Source: Candidatus Saccharimonadota bacterium (lineage in GTDB: Bacteria; Bacteroidota; Bacteroidia; Flavobacteriales; Blattabacteriaceae). From it: 32,000 bases of DNA. Position numbers and translations under genes: made by a program. Shown here piece after piece: positions 26,126-32,000 of the stretch. The notes below the pieces were generated by a model. That model ran no database searches. It had not been told where the DNA came from and saw only the letters and a program-made list of their open reading frames with translations. Every line of letters starts with the position of its first letter. Positions within the stretch are counted from its first letter, which is position 1. The stretch spans positions 46,355-78,354 of the forward strand of contig NZ_CP104094.1 in NCBI RefSeq assembly GCF_033372575.1, written 5' to 3'.

Positions 26126-27214
26126 ATGAATAAAGTATTAGTAATTAATGTAATTAATAAAATTATTAAAATAGCTTTATTAAAAAAAAATAAATTATTA
26201 GAATATAGGGAATATAAATATAAAAAATTATTATCAGTAGGTGATATATTTAATGGAAAAATAAATTATATATCAAAAGGGATGAAGGTAGCATTTATAG
26301 ATATAGGATATAAAAAATATGGAATTTTACATTTTGAAGATTTATTAAAAAAAAATGAATTAAAAAAAAATGAATTAAAAATAGGTAATAATATATTGGT
26401 ACAAATATTAAAAACACCAATAAATGATAAAGGACCTAAATTAACAAGTAAAATAAAAATAATAGGTAAATATATAATATTAATACCTAAATTAAAAAAA
26501 ATTTTAATATCAAGAAAAATAAAAAATAATAATATTATAAAAACAATAATAGATAAAGTAGAAAATAAGAAAAAATATGGAATAATAATAAGAACATTAT
26601 GTAAAAAAAATAATATAAAGGTAATAAAAAATGAAATAAAATATTTAAAAATAAAAAATAATTTAATAAAAAAAAATAATAAAAATAATAAAAAATATAC
26701 AAATAATAATATTTTAAATTATATATTAAAAGAAAAAAAAATAATAATATGTAATAATTTAAGTTTATATAAAAAAATAATTAATTATTTAAATTTAAAT
26801 AATAATAATAAAATTAAATTATATAATAGTAATATACCAATATTTAAAAAATATGGAATTGAATTACAAAAAAAAATATTATTAGGTAAAAAAGTATATT
26901 TATTAGATGGATCTAATTTGATAATAGAAAAAACAGAAGCATTAAATGTAATAGATATAAATAGTAATATGATAAGAAATAATAAAAATTCATTATTAGA
27001 AATAAATTTAATTGCAATTAAGGAAATAATAAGACAAATAAAATTAAGAAATATGGCAGGTATAATAATAATAGATTGTATAAATATGAAAAAAAAAAAA
27101 TATAATAATATAATATATGAATATTTAAAAAAAAATATAATTGAAGATAATATTATATTACCTCCTAATAAATTAAATATTATTCAAATAATTTTAAATA
27201 AAAAAAGTATTTAA
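26126..27214 (+). CDS. rng: ribonuclease E/G family endoribonuclease (shortened)
   Basis: 362-aa ORF. The S1 domain is VGDIFNGKINYISKGMKVAFIDIGYKKYGILHF. The catalytic region is LNVIDINSN...INLIAIKEIIRQIKLRNMAGIIIIDCINM (compare ..IDVNS....TN.EAA.EIARQLRLR...GII.IDFIDM). Confidence 0.8.
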   Translation: MNKVLVINVINKIIKIALLKKNKLLEYREYKYKKLLSVGDIFNGKINYISKGMKVAFIDIGYKKYGILHFEDLLKKNELKKNELKIGNNILVQILKTPINDKGPKLTSKIKIIGKYIILIPKLKKILISRKIKNNNIIKTIIDKVENKKKYGIIIRTLCKKNNIKVIKNEIKYLKIKNNLIKKNNKNNKKYTNNNILNYILKEKKIIICNNLSLYKKIINYLNLNNNNKIKLYNSNIPIFKKYGIELQKKILLGKKVYLLDGSNLIIEKTEALNVIDINSNMIRNNKNSLLEINLIAIKEIIRQIKLRNMAGIIIIDCINMKKKKYNNIIYEYLKKNIIEDNIILPPNKLNIIQIILNKKSI

Positions 27215-27217
27215 AAG

Positions 27218-27303
27218 GCGGATGTGGTGAAAAGGTAAACACGCTAGATTTAGGATCTAGTTCTATATTAATAGAATTAAGGGTTCAAATCCCTTCATCC
27301 GCA
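27218..27303 (+). tRNA. tRNA-Leu (anticodon UAG), long variable arm
   Basis: Hand-folded sequence: GCGGATG..., anticodon arm CTAGA-TTTAGGA-TCTAG, variable stem TTCTAT/ATAGAA, T arm AAGGG-TTCAAAT-CCCTT, acceptor CATCCGC-A. It lies 3 nt after the rng stop and 16 nt before the mnmE start. Confidence 0.9.
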
Positions 27304-27319
27304 TAAAAAATTTTTAAAA

Positions 27320-28705
27320 GTGTTAAATAATTATTATATATCTAGGAAAGATACTATAACAGCAATATCAACTCCATTAGGAACAGGAGCAATATCAATA
27401 ATTAGAATATCAGGAAAAAAATCAATAAAAATTATAAAAAAAATTTTTTATAAAAAAAAAATAAAATATAATAAAGTAAATATAGGAATTATTTATGATA
27501 AAAAAGAAATAATTGATCAAGTAATAATTATAATTTATAAAAAACCAAATTCTTATACTGGAGAAAATTTAGTAGAAATAAATTGTCATGGATCAAATTA
27601 TATACAAAAAAAAATAATAAATATAATAATAAAAAATGGAGGTAGATTAGCAAAAAATGGAGAATTTACTTTTAGAGCATTTTTAAATAAAAAAATAGAT
27701 TTATTACAAGCAGAATCAATATATGATTTAATAAACTCTGAAAATAAAATTTATCATGATATAGCAATAAATAATTTAATATATAATAAATTATCAAAAA
27801 ATATATTAAAAATACAAAATAGTATATTAGATATATTATCTTATATAGAAATTAGTTTAGATTTTTCAGAAGAAGATATAACAATTGATAAAAAAAAAAT
27901 ATATAATAAAATAATATATATAGAAAATAAAATAAAAAATTTAATAGAATCTTATAATATTAATAATATAATAAAAGAAGGATTAAATATTTCTATTATT
28001 GGACCAGTAAATTCAGGAAAATCTACATTAATGAATGTATTAATTAAAGAAGATAAATCTATAATATCTAATATTCCAGGTACTACAAGAGATATAGTAG
28101 AAGGTAAAATAATAATTGATAATTTAAATTTAAATTTATTTGATACTGCAGGTATAAGAAAAACTAATTCAAAAATAGAAAAAATAGGAATTAAAAAAAC
28201 ATTTAAAAAAATTAATGATACTAATATAATTTTATATGTATTTGATATTTTAAAATTAAAAAATTATTTAAAATTTAAAGAAAAAATAAAATATTTAAAA
28301 AAGAAAATATTTAAAAAAAAAAAAGTATTATTAATAGCTAATAAAATAGATAAAAATAATATTAATTTAAAAAAAAAAAAAATTATAAATTATAATATTA
28401 TTTTTATATCAGCAAAAAAAAAGAAAGGAATAAAAAAAATATATAAATATTTATATAAAATTATACCAAAAAAACAAATAAGAAATAATATTTTTATAAA
28501 TAATTTAAGACATTATGAAGAATTAAAAAAAAGTTTAAAATATATTAAAAAATTTAAAAAAGATTATTTAAATAAAATTCCTTATGAATTTATTACAATA
28601 GATTTAAAATTATCTTTAAAACATTTATATTATATAAATGGTTATAATTTAACTTCTAATGAAATATTAGAAAATATTTTTTCTAAATTTTGTATAGGTA
28701 AATAA
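27320..28705 (+). CDS. mnmE: tRNA modification GTPase MnmE (TrmE)
   Basis: 461-aa ORF with a GTG start. Motifs are DTITAISTPLGTGAISIIRISG, GPVNSGKSTLMN, DTAGIR, NKID and the C-terminal FCIGK. Confidence 0.9.
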   Translation: MLNNYYISRKDTITAISTPLGTGAISIIRISGKKSIKIIKKIFYKKKIKYNKVNIGIIYDKKEIIDQVIIIIYKKPNSYTGENLVEINCHGSNYIQKKIINIIIKNGGRLAKNGEFTFRAFLNKKIDLLQAESIYDLINSENKIYHDIAINNLIYNKLSKNILKIQNSILDILSYIEISLDFSEEDITIDKKKIYNKIIYIENKIKNLIESYNINNIIKEGLNISIIGPVNSGKSTLMNVLIKEDKSIISNIPGTTRDIVEGKIIIDNLNLNLFDTAGIRKTNSKIEKIGIKKTFKKINDTNIILYVFDILKLKNYLKFKEKIKYLKKKIFKKKKVLLIANKIDKNNINLKKKKIINYNIIFISAKKKKGIKKIYKYLYKIIPKKQIRNNIFINNLRHYEELKKSLKYIKKFKKDYLNKIPYEFITIDLKLSLKHLYYINGYNLTSNEILENIFSKFCIGK

Positions 28706-28708
28706 TTA

Positions 28709-30238
28709 TTATTTATAATAATTAAAAATAATTTTTTTAAAATAATTAATACGAAAAATAATTTGTTTATAATTTAATATATTTAATATATCTAATAAAT
28801 AAATTCCTTTTAATTCACCAATAATTAATATTCTTATAATTTTTAAAATTAAATAATAATCATTATTATTATTTTGTAATTTTTTAAATAATAAAATAAT
28901 TTTATTTTTATTATGATTTTTTTTTAAAAAAATATTTATTTTAAAAAATAAATTAATAATTTTTTTTTTATTATAAATAATATATTTTTTAATTTTTAAA
29001 GGAATATAAAATTTTTTTGGTCTAATAAAAAAATAATAACAATTATACCATATATCATTAATATTTATTAATTTAATTCTATTAATTATTAAATTAATAA
29101 TTGTATTAAGTAGTTTATCATTATAATAATGATAAATTTTATTAAAAATTAAATATTTTTTTAATAAAATTAATATTTTTTTATTATTATTATTAATATA
29201 TTTTTTATTTATCCAACATGATTTTTTAAAATTTAAATGTACATCAGATTTATTAATATCTTTTAATGTAAATAATTTAATAATAGTATTGATATTTAAA
29301 ATTTCATTGTTAATTTTTGGTTTCCAACCTAATAAAGCTATTATATTAATTAATGATTCAGGTAATATACCTAATTCTTCGTAACTATTTTTAATCTTTA
29401 TATTTTTATATTTAGATTTAATAGGGTAAATAGGGTTATTATTATTATTAAAATTTCTTTTACTTATTTTACCTTTATTATTTAAAAGTAATGGTAAATG
29501 AACAAATTTAGGTATTTTCCAATTTAAATAATTATATATAATAATATGTAAAGGAGTAGATGATAACCACTCTTTCCCTCTAATTACATGTGTAATATTC
29601 ATTAAATGATCATCTATAACGTTAGCAAAATGATAAGTAGGAGTTTTATTAGATCTATAAATAATTTTATCATCTAATTGATTAGAATTAATAGTAATTT
29701 TTCCATAGATTTTATCATAAAATGTAATTTGTTTATTATAAGGTGTTTTTAATCTAATTACATATTTATTTTTTTTAATTAATTTAGTTAGTTTTTTATT
29801 ATTAATATTTAATGAATTATTCAAATTTTTTCTAGTTAAACTATTATAAATAAAATTTTTATATTTTTTTTTATATAATTTTAATTTGTTTTTTTTATCA
29901 AAAGCGTAATAAGCTAATTTATTTTTAATTAATTTATTTATATATTTTTTATATATTTTTAAACGTTTAGATTGAATATAAGGTTTATATTTTCCTTTCT
30001 TTCCATAACCTTCATCATAATTTATATTACACCATTTTAATGAATCTATTAAATAATTAATAGAATTTTTTATAAATCTTTTTTTATCAGTATCATCAAT
30101 TCTTAATATAAATTTTCCATTATTTTTTTTAGCATATATATAATTATATAAAGCTGTTCTTAAACCTCCAATGTGTAATGGGCCTGTTGGACTAGGGGCA
30201 AATCTTACTCTAATAATTTTATTAAATTTATTTTTCAT
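28709..30238 (-). CDS. gltX: glutamyl-tRNA synthetase
   Basis: 509-aa ORF with RVRFAPSPTGPLHIGGLRTALYNY (HIGH region) and KISKR (KMSKS-type). Confidence 0.9.
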   Translation of the reverse strand: MKNKFNKIIRVRFAPSPTGPLHIGGLRTALYNYIYAKKNNGKFILRIDDTDKKRFIKNSINYLIDSLKWCNINYDEGYGKKGKYKPYIQSKRLKIYKKYINKLIKNKLAYYAFDKKNKLKLYKKKYKNFIYNSLTRKNLNNSLNINNKKLTKLIKKNKYVIRLKTPYNKQITFYDKIYGKITINSNQLDDKIIYRSNKTPTYHFANVIDDHLMNITHVIRGKEWLSSTPLHIIIYNYLNWKIPKFVHLPLLLNNKGKISKRNFNNNNNPIYPIKSKYKNIKIKNSYEELGILPESLINIIALLGWKPKINNEILNINTIIKLFTLKDINKSDVHLNFKKSCWINKKYINNNNKKILILLKKYLIFNKIYHYYNDKLLNTIINLIINRIKLININDIWYNCYYFFIRPKKFYIPLKIKKYIIYNKKKIINLFFKINIFLKKNHNKNKIILLFKKLQNNNNDYYLILKIIRILIIGELKGIYLLDILNILNYKQIIFRINYFKKIIFNYYK

Positions 30239-30266
30239 ATATTAATAATAAAAATAAATTAATAAT

Positions 30267-30337
30267 GGCACTATGGCCGAGAGGTTAGGCAAGGGTCTGC
30301 AAAACCTTTTACAGTAGTTCGAATCTACTTAGTGCCT
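30267..30337 (+). tRNA. tRNA-Cys (anticodon GCA)
   Basis: Hand-folded sequence: GGCACTA-TG-GCC..GGC-A-AGGGT-CTGCAAA-ACCTT-TTAC-AGTAG-TTCGAAT-CTACT-TAGTGCC-T. Discriminator U73 is typical of tRNA-Cys. It shares 1 nt with the trmD stop on the opposite strand. Confidence 0.88.
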
Positions 30338-30990
30338 TATAAATATTTTATTTTTTTTATAAATTGGTTTAATTTTCTCCATTTTATAATATTTTTATGA
30401 TTACCTGATAATAATATATTAGGTACTTTCATATTTTTAAATTTATATGGTCTAGTATATAAAGGATATTCATAATCATAATTATTTTTATAAAATGAAT
30501 CAGTAAATGCAGATTTTATATTACCCAATACACCAGGAATTAATCTAATTATTGAATCAATTACTACTAAAGTAGAGATTTCTCCATTTGATAATACATA
30601 ATTACCAATTGAATATTCTTTTGTAATTATAAAATCTCTAATTCTTTGATCAATTCCTTTATAATGTCCACAAATAAATAATATATTATTTAATTTAGAT
30701 AATTTTATAGCTATTTGTTGATTAAATAATTTAGCATCAGGAGTTAAAAAAATAATTTCATTAAAATTAATATTTAATTTATTAATACAATTATATATAG
30801 GTTCAATTTTTAGGATCATTCCATGTCCTCCACCATATGGATAATCATCAATTTTATTACCTATAACATAATTTTTTAAATTATGTATTTTAAATTTTAA
30901 AATTTTTTTTTTTATAGCTTTTTTAATAATTGGATAAGATAAAAAATTTATCCAAAATTGTGGAAATAAAGTAATAATATTAATAAACAT
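30337..30990 (-). CDS. trmD: tRNA (guanine37-N1)-methyltransferase
   Basis: 217-aa ORF with MFINIITLFPQFW, DDYPYGGGHGMIL, ICGHYKGIDQRI and EYSIGNYVLSNGE. Confidence 0.9.
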   Translation of the reverse strand: MFINIITLFPQFWINFLSYPIIKKAIKKKILKFKIHNLKNYVIGNKIDDYPYGGGHGMILKIEPIYNCINKLNINFNEIIFLTPDAKLFNQQIAIKLSKLNNILFICGHYKGIDQRIRDFIITKEYSIGNYVLSNGEISTLVVIDSIIRLIPGVLGNIKSAFTDSFYKNNYDYEYPLYTRPYKFKNMKVPNILLSGNHKNIIKWRKLNQFIKKIKYL

Positions 30991-31005
30991 TAAACAAATA
31001 AAAAA

Positions 31006-31079
<74 letters not shown>

Positions 31080-31133
31080 ATATTAATAATTAATATAATG
31101 AATTATTAATTAATAATAATATAATTAAAATTA

Positions 31134-31918
31134 TTAATAAATATATAAATTAAAAATAAAACCAATATGATTAATAATATTTAAAACATAATTATTGTTA
31201 AATATTAAATATTGGCCTTTTATACCTTTTAATTTAAGAGTAATATTTTTAATTTTATTTAATTTTATTATTTTAATAATTTTTGGATATTTAATAATTG
31301 GATAGTTAAAATAAAATATTTTATTATTATTAATAATGTATTTATAATAATTAGTTTTAATTAAAATATTAATAATTTTTTTTTTAATTTTTAAAATATT
31401 AATTTTTTTTTTAAATTTATTAGTTAACATTATTCTGAAATTAGTTTTATCCGATATATATTGTTTTACTATTTTTTCTATTACACCAGCTATATATCTA
31501 TTAGGAGTATAAGCAATTATAATAGCTTTAATTGCTCCTTGATCCATTAATCTATTGATAAAATTTGATTTTATAGTTACACCTATTTTAAAATTACTTG
31601 TAAATGATAAATAAACTATATGTTTTTTAAATTCGAAATTATTAATTTTATTATTATTATTTGATGAACATAAAATAGGATTAAATATTTTAATATTAAA
31701 TATTTTGATAAAATAACAGTTTTTACAATATCCATTTCTAAAAATATTTTTTTTTTACATAATAAACAATTATTATTTAAAAATTTAAATATAAAATATT
31801 TATTAATATAATTATTTAATAATAATAATTTATTATTTATGTTTAAATAATATAATAAAGTATAATTATATTTTATTAATAATTTATCTAAAATTATAAT
31901 TTTTTTAAATTTTAACAT
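31134..31918 (-). pseudogene. DUF2797-like Cys-rich conserved protein, reading frame split at an A10 tract (31747..31756)
   Basis: Track ORFs 31616..31930 and 31134..31547 are two frames of one gene. Frame 1 reads MLKFKK...FLNNNCLLCKKK. The other frame is open from 31754 and reads (KK)NIFRNGYCKNCYF...HIVYLSFTSNFKIGVTIKSNFINRLMDQGAIKAIIIAYTPNRYIAGVIEKIVKQYISDKTNFRIML...LKGIKGQYLIF. One extra A (A11) would fuse them into ~261 aa. The family assignment is from memory. Confidence 0.6.
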
Positions 31919-31922
31919 AATA

Positions 31923-31995
31923 CTCCTCAAGCTGGATTCGAACCAGCTACCTTCTGATTAACAGTCAGATGCTCTACCTGATGAGCTATTGAGGA
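31923..31995 (-). tRNA. tRNA-Asn (anticodon GUU)
   Basis: Hand-folded sequence: TCCTCAA-TA-GCTC-ATCAGGTA-GAGC-A-TCTGA-CTGTTAA-TCAGA-AGGTA-GCTGG-TTCGAAT-CCAGC-TTGAGGA-G. U1-A72 and discriminator G match typical bacterial tRNA-Asn. Confidence 0.9.
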
Positions 31996-32000
31996 AAATT

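Noticed and set aside
31134-31547. Possible rimM, suggested by its position next to trmD
   Set aside because: There are no RimM/PRC-barrel motifs. The sequence (RLMDQGAIKAI..., GIKGQYLIF) and its continuity with the upstream ORF across the A10 tract fit a DUF2797-like gene instead. A tRNA-fMet also separates it from trmD.
31919-31930. TTG start (MRSI...) of the 104-aa track ORF
   Set aside because: These codons overlap the 3' end of tRNA-Asn. The in-frame ATG at 31916..31918 (MLKFKK...), 4 nt after the tRNA, is the more plausible start.

Overview
This is an extremely A+T-rich, gene-dense window. G+C looks well under 20% by eye (not computed), and the RNA genes stand out as the only GC-rich islands. 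The content is purely housekeeping and fits a highly reduced obligate endosymbiont genome.

I infer, without proof, a Bacteroidota/Flavobacteriales-type insect symbiont. The support is:
- a long type-2 IleRS
- a tmRNA tag reading GKTNYYNLAA
- a PUR-like (DUF3276-like) gene and a DUF2797-like gene
- no Shine-Dalgarno signals

The genetic code looks standard. Trp is TGG, RF1 and RF2 are both present, and TGA ends ybeY and hflX.

I can support 27 protein genes, almost all in translation, RNA modification or GTPase functions, plus aroA. I can also support 9 tRNAs (none encodes CCA), tmRNA and RNase P RNA.

I see no mobile elements, CRISPR arrays, defence islands or any discrete multi-gene novel system, and I will not claim one.

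The points worth a second look are:
1. aroA is broken by one in-frame TAA.
2. A DUF2797-like gene is frameshifted inside an A10 tract.
3. A PUR-like protein is flanked by two repeat arrays, and its roughly 400-bp 18-nt minisatellite continues past the stop codon.
4. S1 carries a Lys-rich repeat tail.
5. RNA genes abut the 5' ends of same-strand CDSs, in a tRNA-punctuation-like layout.
6. Two divergent gene pairs have overlapping or nearly abutting start codons.
7. hflX ends antisense inside a tRNA gene.
8. Homopolymers of 14-17 nt sit inside intact essential genes.
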